A DNA stretch of 64,000 nucleotides from Patescibacteria group bacterium. Its GTDB lineage: Bacteria > Patescibacteriota > Patescibacteriia > Veblenbacterales > UBA10138. The notes under the pieces are model-generated. The model saw only the letters and a list, made by a program, of their open reading frames with translations. It ran no database searches and was not told the DNA's origin. Position numbers and translations under genes: made by a program. Where the stretch lies: NCBI GenBank assembly GCA_041645215.1, contig JBAZQK010000004.1, forward strand, positions 2,475 through 66,474. Direction: 5' to 3'. Each line of letters opens with the position of its first letter. Position 1 is the first letter of the stretch. Positions 19,853 through 28,812 of the stretch are shown here, piece by piece.

Positions 19853-22087
19853 ATGAGGCATATTATTTTTGCTGTCTTGATCATTTTTTTAGCAATTGGT
19901 CTTATTGCCGTTGTTTTTACTTATAATCAAGCCAATCAGGAACAACAGAGGTTAGCCCTTGATTTGCAATACCGTTCCGATTTACTCGCCAGAAGTCTTC
20001 GGGAAACAATCGAACCAAATTTTATAAACAAATCGAACGATTATCTCCAAACACTCGTTGAAAAATTTGCCAACCGTGAAAGATTTGCGGGGATGGCGAT
20101 TTACGATAATAAAGATAACATCGTAGCCATATCATCTGATTTACCAAAAGAGCTATCTGCTTCGCAACAAATTGTAACAGAGGTTATGGATGCGGACAAA
20201 GCAAACGGGGATTTTTCAAATTTGAATGATAAAAATTACTATCTTTTCGCCATGCCTCTACACGATAAAGACAGTGTTGTTGGTGCGGTAATGATTGTTC
20301 AAAATGCAGGTTATATTGACGGAAGGCTTACAGAAATATGGAAAAACAACTTAACAAGATTATTCTTACAAACCTCGCTTCTTGTAATAGCGTTACTTCT
20401 TCTTATCAGATGGTTGATCTTTGCTCCAATCAGAAGCCTTGCGGAGTCGTTAAAATCTGTAAGAGCAGGAAATGATAACACAAATAAACAGTTATCAAAC
20501 TCCTTATTTCTACAGCCTCTTACAAAAGAAATCTCAGGTATCAGGAGAAGCCTTTTAGAAGCAAGGCTTGCGGCAAGTGAGGAAGCAAAGGTAAATTTGG
20601 AAAGATTAGATTCTCCCTGGACAGCTGAAAGATTAAAACAATTCGTCAAAAACACTCTTGAAGATAGGACAATTGTTGTCGTGTCCAACAGAGAGCCTTA
20701 TATACATACCAAAGTTGGCAATAAGATAAATTATTATTTTCCTGCAAGTGGTATGGTCACCGCCATAGAACCTGTAATGCGGGCTTGCGGAGGGACATGG
20801 ATTGCCCATGGAAGTGGAGATGCCGATAGGCTCGTGGTTGATAAAGACAATAGACTGCAAGTTCCACCTGATGAACCTAAATATACCCTCAAGCGGGTTT
20901 GGTTGACAGAGGAAGAAGAAAAAGGACATTATTATGGTTTTTCCAATGAGGGATTATGGGCATTATGCCACATAGCACATACCCGACCGATTTTCAGGAA
21001 AGAAGATTGGGAAGAATATAAAAAGGTAAACGGCAAATTTGCTCAAGCCGTGCTTTCGGAAATAAGAAACTTACAAAAACCGATTATCTTCATTCAAGAC
21101 TTTCATTTTGCATTACTGCCGAGAATGATAAAAAGAAGTAGACCTGATGCGACAATAGGTTTGTTTTGGCATGTCCCTTGGGTAAGTGCAGAATCTTTTA
21201 GCATCTGTCCCTGGAAGAAAGAGATTTTAGACGGAATGTTGGGCGCGGATCTTGTAGGATTTCATACGCAACTTCACTGTAACAATTTTATTGAAACTGT
21301 CGGGAGAGAACTTGAGTCTTTAATTGATTTTGAACAATTTACCGTTACTCGAAACGAACATGTGTCTTTTATTAAACCATTTCCTATCAGTATTGCTTTT
21401 TCCAACGGCTACGAATATCAAGCAAGAGATAAGGAAGAAAAATATAATAGTCAAAAACTCTTAAAAAATTTGGGCGTTGCTACAAAACTCGTTGGCGTTG
21501 GAGTCGACCGATTAGACTATACCAAAGGAATCCTTGAACGCCTGAAGGCAATCGAAATTTTTCTAAAGAAGTATCCTTCTTACCAAGGTCATTTTACTTT
21601 TATTCAGATTGCCGCACCCTCAAGAAGTAAAATAAAGAAATATCGAGAGTTTGCCCAAGAAGTAGAAAAGGAAGTTGAGCGAATAAACACACTATTTAGC
21701 GCTAAAGGTTGGAAACCAATCTTTTTGATAGAAAGACATCATGACCATGAAGAAATCAACCAATTTTATAAACTGGCTGATTTTTGCTTAGTAACCTCTC
21801 TTCATGATGGAATGAATCTGGTCGCCAAAGAGTTTGTTGCCAGCAGAAGCGACGAGAAGGGCGTTCTTATTCTAAGTCAATTTACAGGCGCTTCAAGAGA
21901 GTTAAAAGATGCTTTAATTGTTAATCCTTATAACGGAGAACAGACCGCTGAAGCTATCCATACTGCTTTAGAAATGCCTCCTTCCGAGCAAACAAAGCGC
22001 ATGAAAAAATTACGGGAAACGGTAAAAAATCATAATGCCTATCGCTGGTCAGCAGAGTTTTTAAAAACGATGGTGAATTTAGGATAA
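19853..22087 (+). CDS. otsA: Trehalose-6-phosphate synthase (GT20) with N-terminal TM-Cache-like-TM-HAMP-like region
   Basis: VVSNREP, QDFH, GLFWHVPW, GFHT, GVDRLDYTKG, SLHDGMNLVAKEF, LSQFTGAS, LIVNPY. Confidence 0.9.
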   Translation: MRHIIFAVLIIFLAIGLIAVVFTYNQANQEQQRLALDLQYRSDLLARSLRETIEPNFINKSNDYLQTLVEKFANRERFAGMAIYDNKDNIVAISSDLPKELSASQQIVTEVMDADKANGDFSNLNDKNYYLFAMPLHDKDSVVGAVMIVQNAGYIDGRLTEIWKNNLTRLFLQTSLLVIALLLLIRWLIFAPIRSLAESLKSVRAGNDNTNKQLSNSLFLQPLTKEISGIRRSLLEARLAASEEAKVNLERLDSPWTAERLKQFVKNTLEDRTIVVVSNREPYIHTKVGNKINYYFPASGMVTAIEPVMRACGGTWIAHGSGDADRLVVDKDNRLQVPPDEPKYTLKRVWLTEEEEKGHYYGFSNEGLWALCHIAHTRPIFRKEDWEEYKKVNGKFAQAVLSEIRNLQKPIIFIQDFHFALLPRMIKRSRPDATIGLFWHVPWVSAESFSICPWKKEILDGMLGADLVGFHTQLHCNNFIETVGRELESLIDFEQFTVTRNEHVSFIKPFPISIAFSNGYEYQARDKEEKYNSQKLLKNLGVATKLVGVGVDRLDYTKGILERLKAIEIFLKKYPSYQGHFTFIQIAAPSRSKIKKYREFAQEVEKEVERINTLFSAKGWKPIFLIERHHDHEEINQFYKLADFCLVTSLHDGMNLVAKEFVASRSDEKGVLILSQFTGASRELKDALIVNPYNGEQTAEAIHTALEMPPSEQTKRMKKLRETVKNHNAYRWSAEFLKTMVNLG

Positions 22088-22104
22088 GTATCACAATTTC
22101 TATT

Positions 22105-23247
22105 ATGAGAATTGCCATAGTATGTTCAAATTACTTTAATATCGATAAAAAAACCAAAAAAGGAACGGAGATATTTTCTTATATCCTGATAAATAACTTA
22201 GTTAAGTATGCCAAAAACAAGAATTTAGACATAACCGCTTTTGCTTCAGGTGCATCCCGACTACCAGTAAAGATTGAAAGTATCGACTCTAATCCTTCTT
22301 TCTCAGACAAAAATGTTATTTTAAACGGCAAACATATTATTTTTGAGTTAGCCCTTATCTCCAAGGCGATATCTGAGCAAGATAACTTTGATCTTTACCA
22401 TATTAATATTGGCGATGGGGATATTGTGCTTCCCTTCGTCCCTTTTGTTAAAAAACCTATTTTGATTACCTTACATCATATAATAGATGCGGAATTTACA
22501 AGAAAATATTTCTCTTTGTTCAAGCAAAATAAAAATGTTTTCTTTGTCTCTGTTAGCAATGCCCAAAGAAAGATATTGCCTGATTTGAATTATGTAGCAA
22601 CAATTTATCACGGAATAGATACTGAAACATTCAAATTTAATTCGGAAGGTGGAGAAACGATCATGTGGGCTGGCAGGGCAATTCCTGAAAAAGGCATAGA
22701 AATAGCAGTAGAAGTAGCAAATAGGATTAAAAAAGAAGCTAAACTGTTTGGAATTACTAAAAAAGAACATCATGGTTGGTTACAGGAAAAAGTTGTTGCA
22801 AAGATTAATTCTAATAATCATCCCTTGCCGATTTCTTTTATCGCAGATAAAGAAAGATCTCAGTTGGTAAATCATTTTCAAGCAAGTAAACTATTTCTCT
22901 TCCCTGTTCAATATGAAGAGGCATTTGGACTCGTTCTCATAGAATCGATGAGCTGTGGCACACCAGTTGTAGCATATGCCAGAGGCTCGATACCTGAAAT
23001 CATCAAAGACGGTGAAACGGGTTTCATTATTAACTCTTCGAATGCTGATAAACGAGGAAACTGGACTATTAAAAAAACAGGAATAGAGGGATTATGTGAA
23101 GCGGTTGAAAAGATATACTCAATGCCCGAAGAAGAATATAAAAAGATGCGAGATAACTGCCGCAAGCATGTTGAGAAAAATTTCACAGTAAAACGAATGG
23201 TATGGGAATATGAGGAGTTATACGAAAGGCTACTTTCGAAAAGTTAG
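22105..23247 (+). CDS. Glycosyltransferase family 4
   Basis: IYHGID, GRAIPEKG, EAFGLVLIESMSCGTPVV. Confidence 0.92.
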   Translation: MRIAIVCSNYFNIDKKTKKGTEIFSYILINNLVKYAKNKNLDITAFASGASRLPVKIESIDSNPSFSDKNVILNGKHIIFELALISKAISEQDNFDLYHINIGDGDIVLPFVPFVKKPILITLHHIIDAEFTRKYFSLFKQNKNVFFVSVSNAQRKILPDLNYVATIYHGIDTETFKFNSEGGETIMWAGRAIPEKGIEIAVEVANRIKKEAKLFGITKKEHHGWLQEKVVAKINSNNHPLPISFIADKERSQLVNHFQASKLFLFPVQYEEAFGLVLIESMSCGTPVVAYARGSIPEIIKDGETGFIINSSNADKRGNWTIKKTGIEGLCEAVEKIYSMPEEEYKKMRDNCRKHVEKNFTVKRMVWEYEELYERLLSKS

Positions 23248-23257
23248 TCCTTTAATT

Positions 23258-23440
23258 ATAAGCAAGTTAGATATGAAAGACCCAGAGGTTTTGGAGAAGG
23301 CAAAACAGGCAGAAGAATGGTGCAAGATCACTTCAGGAGCGACTAAAAAGAAGTGGATCTACAAACTTCTGCCCCATACAGCAGTAAGTAGAATTAACAG
23401 TTTTGACGCTATTATCAGTAGCGCTTACAAAATTAACTAG
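23258..23440 (+). pseudogene. Probable C-terminal fragment of a restriction endonuclease/helicase gene
   Basis: EKAKQAEEWC...KWIYKLLP resembles the C-termini of type III Res-like endonucleases. No plausible start. Confidence 0.45.
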
Positions 23441-23645
23441 ACATGCAAATCCATGAAAAACATAAACGACCTATTAACTGAATTAGTTAAGGATTCAACC
23501 TTACAGAGCAGTGAACTAGAGAAGTAATATCTAAATTTAAAAGTGTTGATTTTAGAGCGTTTGAGGTAAAAAAAGGACAGGTGCCAATGTAATCCACCCG
23601 AAGGGTGGGATGAGTGGGGCAGGCCATTGAGCTACACATAGAAAC

Positions 23646-23801
23646 TTGGCTCCGAACGCTGAACGAAATCCGAACTTTTTTTAGCGAAAATCCGAACGCT
23701 GAATTTTGAAAAACTTTTAAGCTCGGGCGGGCAAAAAGGAAGGGGGTTGGGGGGAAGGAATTTTTGCCCGTCCTCGCTTTTCCGCCGCCGCCGAATTTCG
23801 T
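23646..23801 (+). repeat. attL: core plus P' arm (156 bp), perfect inverted repeat of 26625-26780
   Basis: Base-by-base reverse-complement match. Confidence 0.95.
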
Positions 23802-23848
23802 GCCAACTTCGTTGGCGCGCCGCCTATAAATTTAAAAATTCATTCTTT

Positions 23849-26230
23849 TTAATTCTTATGAAATTTCCAAACAACGTCATAGGCCAAATCCGCAAGTTCT
23901 TCTTGTCTTTCTCTTATTTCTTTCTCGCCCCATTTATAATTAAGTTTTTCAAATTCTTTGATTAACTTTTTATTAATTTCTAAATCAGACCTCCTAAATT
24001 CACCAACTTTTTCTTGCAACTTTTTATTTCCAACTAAACCATTTATTTTTTTAGCTATTAATGTTAAGTTGCCTAACATATTAACATAATTCTTTATTTC
24101 TTTTTTAGTTAGCGACCATTGAGAGGGATCCTGCGGTAAAACATGTTCGATATTAACCTTTGTAAAATTTAAAGTTTTCTCTTCGGTTGCAGATAATGCC
24201 TTTTCTATATTGGAGAGAATGTAAAGAACAAGTTGATAATTTCTGTACTCAATTTCTAAAAACTTCTCTTTAAATAATGACTTATTCGGATAAGAAAGGT
24301 TTTTTTCGAACTGCGATAATGCTCTTTGTACATTTTTGATTATATTTTCCTTGCTACTAGAATTCTCTATAGCTTTTCTGACCTCCTTCGCAGCGTTGAA
24401 ATAAACCCTTTCTACAACGTTCCCAGATAATTTGCAAACGGCAGAATATGCAAAATGGTACCTTTCAATTACTTTAAAAATTTCGCTGAAATCATACTCA
24501 ATCTTGTCTTTATTCATCAATAAACATAGCACCAACGAATAACATTGAGTTATCCCCATGATCCTTAATCCGGCCATGGCCTCGTTAATTTTCTGAGCTG
24601 TTTTCTTTTCTTGAAAATCCTCTAACCAATCTTCGGGACTTATTGAATCATTAGCAATTTTATAATAAAATCCAGAAGCCTTCTGTAATTCTTGCAAGAA
24701 CGCCCTTGGATCGCCCTTAACTTCGTTTTTTATTTCTTTGTAAAGTTTCTTTTCTGGAACAAAAGAATATCTCGAAAGCCAAAAATATCTAATAAATTTT
24801 GAAACATTCAATGGTCCTCTTGCGCTTTCAACGTTATTCTCAATGTTACTCCAAATATCCTTCGCAACATCTTCTCCCCCAGGAGTTTTCGGCAACTTAC
24901 CAAAAAGATAGTTCTTTAATAAATCAGCCGCTGTTAGGTCTGCTCCGCGTGCGTTGACGGTTTCAAATATAGAATATGCGTCTTCTTCATTTTCTATCTT
25001 TATTAAAATTATTTTTAAACTAAATATTCTTGCTTTAAAATCGTCTAAACATTTAACTTTATCTTCTAAATTAAATTGATTAAGATCTTCGCTTATTTTG
25101 TCTCGGATAAACTCATAATTAGATTTTATTAATTTTTCCTCTTTTGTTTTTGGCTTAGAGGCTAGAATATTAGAATCTTGCTTCTGGATATGTTCCGTAA
25201 AAAAGTTGTTCAACGAATCTCCGCACTTTAATCTGTTTTCTTGTTTCGCAGTAACAGGATCTTTGCGTGCTATTATACTTTGCGTAAGAATCGATTTTTC
25301 AGTTTGATCTAATTCTTTGTATTTATCTCTAATAACGGCCATCAATATGGTTAATGTTATTAACCTTTGCTGACCGTCTATAACCTCAACAAAACCGTCT
25401 TCATCGTATCTTTCATAGTTGAAGACAAAAGATCCTAAAAAAGTGCTCTCTCCACTAATCAAATCACCCCACAAATCGGAAACTTGATCATTGGTCCACG
25501 AATATGGTCTTTGATATCTCGGTATCTTATATTTTTCCTCACCATCATATAAAATAGCCCTTAGCTCTATATCGACAGCACGAAAATCCAATTTATCGAT
25601 TTTTTGCCTATTATAACTAATGGTATTATACTTCATATTGTTCCCACTTTTTACATCAGAATTTTCTAAATTATCTTCCGTTTGTTTGTCGTTTTTTCTT
25701 GTTTTAATTTTTGTATCTTTCTTTTTCTGAATCATTTTGTCAGTAATTATATACGATTTCTTAATTTTCATAAGTCTCTTTTCGGATAACGGGTATTCCT
25801 TTTTATCTTTTTGAGAGCCCTCCAAAAGATTTTTAATCGTGTTGCCATCTTCCTCGTTTAACCTATTCGGGGACCCTCGTCTGATCCCTCCCCATTTTTT
25901 GGCTATCGTTAATTCAGAAACGATCCGATCTGCTGGAACGCTATGCAAAAGATCTAAAGTTATTACCGGCTCAATATCCATTAAGCATGGGAATGGTCCG
26001 CCTCTCCAAACTTTCTTTGATGCCTCATGGCTAAAATACGGTTTTGAGATTACTTTTAAGATGCCCGAAAAACGCATTTCTCCTGTTATATAACAAACTA
26101 AAAAATCTCCGGGTTTAATTTGCTGGGTTAAATGCCATCTATTTTCGCGAAACCCACTTAATTTAAAATTATTCTTTTTTGCTTCCTCCCAGGTTTCAGG
26201 AGTGAATAAATCTAACCAATATTGAGTCAT
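23849..26230 (-). CDS. EVE-domain / DUF262 / DUF1524 fusion (GmrSD-type type IV restriction enzyme)
   Basis: N-terminal YWLDLFTPETWEE..IKPGDFLVCY (EVE), IPRYQRPYSW, VIDGQQR, FETVNARG (DUF262), IEHVLPQ and LGNLTL..N (HNH, DUF1524). Confidence 0.9.
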   Translation of the reverse strand: MTQYWLDLFTPETWEEAKKNNFKLSGFRENRWHLTQQIKPGDFLVCYITGEMRFSGILKVISKPYFSHEASKKVWRGGPFPCLMDIEPVITLDLLHSVPADRIVSELTIAKKWGGIRRGSPNRLNEEDGNTIKNLLEGSQKDKKEYPLSEKRLMKIKKSYIITDKMIQKKKDTKIKTRKNDKQTEDNLENSDVKSGNNMKYNTISYNRQKIDKLDFRAVDIELRAILYDGEEKYKIPRYQRPYSWTNDQVSDLWGDLISGESTFLGSFVFNYERYDEDGFVEVIDGQQRLITLTILMAVIRDKYKELDQTEKSILTQSIIARKDPVTAKQENRLKCGDSLNNFFTEHIQKQDSNILASKPKTKEEKLIKSNYEFIRDKISEDLNQFNLEDKVKCLDDFKARIFSLKIILIKIENEEDAYSIFETVNARGADLTAADLLKNYLFGKLPKTPGGEDVAKDIWSNIENNVESARGPLNVSKFIRYFWLSRYSFVPEKKLYKEIKNEVKGDPRAFLQELQKASGFYYKIANDSISPEDWLEDFQEKKTAQKINEAMAGLRIMGITQCYSLVLCLLMNKDKIEYDFSEIFKVIERYHFAYSAVCKLSGNVVERVYFNAAKEVRKAIENSSSKENIIKNVQRALSQFEKNLSYPNKSLFKEKFLEIEYRNYQLVLYILSNIEKALSATEEKTLNFTKVNIEHVLPQDPSQWSLTKKEIKNYVNMLGNLTLIAKKINGLVGNKKLQEKVGEFRRSDLEINKKLIKEFEKLNYKWGEKEIRERQEELADLAYDVVWKFHKN

Positions 26231-26235
26231 ATGTT

Positions 26236-26445
26236 TTATTTCATTAAATTATCAAGCGAAACGCCGAGCGCGTCCGCAATTTTTTTGACTGTATCAATAG
26301 TAGGGTTGGGTGTCGAGCCCGCTTCAATTTTAGCGATAGTATGAAAAGCCAAATTTGCCTTTTTTGATAAGACATCTTGAGAAATACCGAGCTTATTTCG
26401 GAATTTCTTTATATTCTCGGCGATTGTGGATTTTTCGTTTGACAT
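26236..26445 (-). CDS. XRE-family helix-turn-helix regulator
   Basis: IKKFRNKLGISQDVLSK..IAKIEAG..NPTIDTVKKIADALGVSLD. Confidence 0.92.
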   Translation of the reverse strand: MSNEKSTIAENIKKFRNKLGISQDVLSKKANLAFHTIAKIEAGSTPNPTIDTVKKIADALGVSLDNLMK

Positions 26446-26624
26446 ATTCGTATAGTTTTACTACGATAGTTAGTAGATAACCATGATCATAACTTATCAC
26501 TAGTTAGTATATGAAATTTTTACAATTTAGTCAAACGAAATTAGGGAGTTCCTTGATGTTGCGCGCGAATGGGCAGGGTGGGTCAAGCGCAACTGTATTG
26601 GCGGCGCATTTCGCAAAGCGAAAT

Positions 26625-26898
26625 ACGAAATTCGGCGGCGGCGGAAAAGCGAGGACGGGCAAAAATTCCTTCCCCCCAACCCCCTTCCTTTTTGCCCGCC
26701 CGAGCTTAAAAGTTTTTCAAAATTCAGCGTTCGGATTTTCGCTAAAAAAAGTTCGGATTTCGTTCAGCGTTCGGAGCCAAATTGTATGTTGTGAGTTTAT
26801 TGCCTCGGCGCTTCGCGCCTCGGCAGGCAGGTTGTATAGTATTTGCCAAGATTTTTTGGGTTCAATCGCCACCTTTTGCGAAAGCAAAACGCGGTTCG
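26625..26898 (-). repeat. Internal intact attP (274 bp) in inverted orientation: P arm, core, P' arm
   Basis: 26625-26780 is the rc of 23646-23801, and 26772-26898 is the rc of 28347-28473. Confidence 0.92.
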
Positions 26899-26998
26899 CC
26901 GTTGCAAAGCAACGGATAAACGAAGTTTATGAGCCAATCCTTTTATTTCCGCCAAAGGCGGAAAGCAAAGCGATAATTTTTAATAGCCCAAAAACGAT

Positions 26999-28507
26999 AT
27001 GAAATATTTTTTATACATTAGAAAATCAACAGACGAGGACGACAGACAAGTTTTGTCGTTGGAAGCGCAGGAAACGGAATTGAAAGAATTTGCCTTGCGG
27101 GAAAATCTTTTGATCGCCGCGACTTTTCGAGAATCGCAAACTGCCAAAGAGCCGGGCAGACCGATTTTCAACGATATGCTCAAACGAATGGAAAGCGGCG
27201 AAGCCGAAGGGATTTTAGCGTGGCACCCCGATAGATTGGCAAGAAATAGCATAGACGGCGGACGAGTTATTTTTCTGATTGATACCGGAAAAATCAAGGC
27301 GCTAAAATCCCCGACATTTTGGTTTGAGCCGACCCCGCAAGGCAAATTTATGTTGAATATCGCTTTTGGGCAATCCAAATATTTTGTGGATAATCTTTCA
27401 GAGAATACCAAAAGAGGGTTGCGTCAAAAATTGCGCCGAGGCGAATTGCCCGGCTATGCTCCGCTCGGCTATTTGAACGATTTGCTAAAGCACACAATGT
27501 ATAAAGACCCAGAGAGATTTCGCCTCGTCAAGAAAATTTTTGAACTTTACGCAACTGGCAATTATTCTCTGAAAGATGTGCGGAAGTTAATAACTTCCGC
27601 TGGCTTGTTGAGCCGAAAGAAAAATATGCTTTCCGTTTCAAATATCCAAAGCATACTTTCAAATTCTTTTTATTACGGCGTTTTCAAATATAACGGCGAA
27701 ATGTATGACGGAAAGCATGAGCCAATGATTCCAAAGAAACTTTTTGAAGCGTGCCAAAAAGTAATGGCGGATCGTTCGCGCCCGAAAAAACCAAGCCAAA
27801 AAGAATATCCATTTAGAAATATGCTCGTTTGCGGTGAGTGCGGGTGCGCCATCACTTCCGAAACGCAAAAAGGACATAACTATTATCGTTGCACCAAAAA
27901 GCGGGATAAAAAATGTTCGCAAAAATATATTCGCGAGGAAGTTTTGGCAAGCCAGATTAAAGACGAGATTCAAAAAGTTTCTTTGTCTTCCGCTTGGGCG
28001 GAGTGGATGTTAAGCGAGATGAATAAAGAAGAAGCGGAAGCCGCCCAAAGCGGAGCCGTTTTCGCTCAAAATCTTAAAGACAAAATAAAAGAACTTGAAG
28101 GAAAGCTCGACCTACTTTTGGACGCACATTTGGACGGCACAATTTCTCGCGAGGAATACACCGCTAAAAAGGAAAAAATCATCAACGAAAAAAGCGAGTT
28201 TTCCGAAAAATCAAAGGATTTTGAGCGAAACGGCAATCATTGGCTCGAACCGGCCAGACAATTCATTTTAGCGGCTCAACAAGCCAAAATTGTCGCTTTG
28301 CAAGAAAATCCCGTCGCGGGACGGGATTTTCTCAAAAGGATTGGCTCGAACCGCGTTTTGCTTTCGCAAAAGGTGGCGATTGAACCCAAAAAATCTTGGC
28401 AAATACTATACAACCTGCCTGCCGAGGCGCGAAGCGCCGAGGCAATAAACTCACAACATACAATTTGGCTCCGGGGGTGGGACTCGAACCCACGACCAAG
28501 TGCTTAA
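26999..28507 (+). CDS. Large serine recombinase (resolvase + recombinase + Zn-ribbon + coiled coil)
   Basis: YIRKSTD (catalytic Ser), DRLARN, PLGY, CGECG..YYRC..C. The 3' end runs into tRNA-Asn. Confidence 0.96.
   Translation: MKYFLYIRKSTDEDDRQVLSLEAQETELKEFALRENLLIAATFRESQTAKEPGRPIFNDMLKRMESGEAEGILAWHPDRLARNSIDGGRVIFLIDTGKIKALKSPTFWFEPTPQGKFMLNIAFGQSKYFVDNLSENTKRGLRQKLRRGELPGYAPLGYLNDLLKHTMYKDPERFRLVKKIFELYATGNYSLKDVRKLITSAGLLSRKKNMLSVSNIQSILSNSFYYGVFKYNGEMYDGKHEPMIPKKLFEACQKVMADRSRPKKPSQKEYPFRNMLVCGECGCAITSETQKGHNYYRCTKKRDKKCSQKYIREEVLASQIKDEIQKVSLSSAWAEWMLSEMNKEEAEAAQSGAVFAQNLKDKIKELEGKLDLLLDAHLDGTISREEYTAKKEKIINEKSEFSEKSKDFERNGNHWLEPARQFILAAQQAKIVALQENPVAGRDFLKRIGSNRVLLSQKVAIEPKKSWQILYNLPAEARSAEAINSQHTIWLRGWDSNPRPSA
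28347..28473 (+). repeat. attR: P arm (recombinase 3' end) plus core
   Basis: 127-bp inverted repeat of 26772-26898. Confidence 0.92.
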
Positions 28508-28540
28508 CAGGCACCTGCTCTACCACTGAGCTACCCCGGA
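28466..28540 (-). tRNA. tRNA-Asn(GTT)
   Basis: TCCGGGGTAGCTCAGTGGTAGAGC-AGGTGC-CTGTTAA-GCACT..GGTTCGAGTCC..CCCGGAGCCA cloverleaf with encoded CCA. Confidence 0.96.
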
Positions 28541-28800
28541 AAGTTAAATGACTTTTGTTTTAATAAACTTCTTAAATATTCTTTACCGCTACCTGATTTA
28601 AAATACTTCTCCCTTTTCCTGGCATCATTTCTACTACCTACTCTTTCCGAATAAACCAACACCCACGGATAGTAACCTTTAGTTGAAAAAACTCTTTTGT
28701 TATTATGTTCATGCAACCGCTGTTTAATATTTTGGGACATCCCAACGTATAATCGACGATCAATTGAACTTTGAATTACATAAATTGAATATATAGGCAC
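28531..28800 (-). CDS. Small GIY-YIG nuclease
   Basis: YSIYVIQS..RLYVGMS..RLHEHN..STK..PW..REKYFKSG.G. The stop codon lies inside the tRNA-Asn 5' end. Confidence 0.9.
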   Translation of the reverse strand: MPIYSIYVIQSSIDRRLYVGMSQNIKQRLHEHNNKRVFSTKGYYPWVLVYSERVGSRNDARKREKYFKSGSGKEYLRSLLKQKSFNFPG

Positions 28801-28812
28801 AACTCAATTATA

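Larger units (their letters stand above)
23646..28473. mobile_element. Element 1: serine-recombinase integrative element at the tRNA-Asn 3' end, with internal inverted attP
   Basis: TTGGCTCCG direct repeat at 23646-23654 and 28465-28473, an inverted copy at 26772-26780, and a recombinase gene. Confidence 0.9.

Noticed and set aside
23646-26780. Long inverted repeats read as transposon TIRs
   Set aside because: There is no DDE transposase or target-site duplication, and the repeats start exactly at the tRNA att core and join the recombinase 3' end, which fits att-site logic better.
26511-27002. 163-aa ORF upstream of the recombinase
   Set aside because: It runs through the inverted attP (antisense copy of the recombinase tail and hairpins), so it is a by-product of the repeat and not a credible protein.
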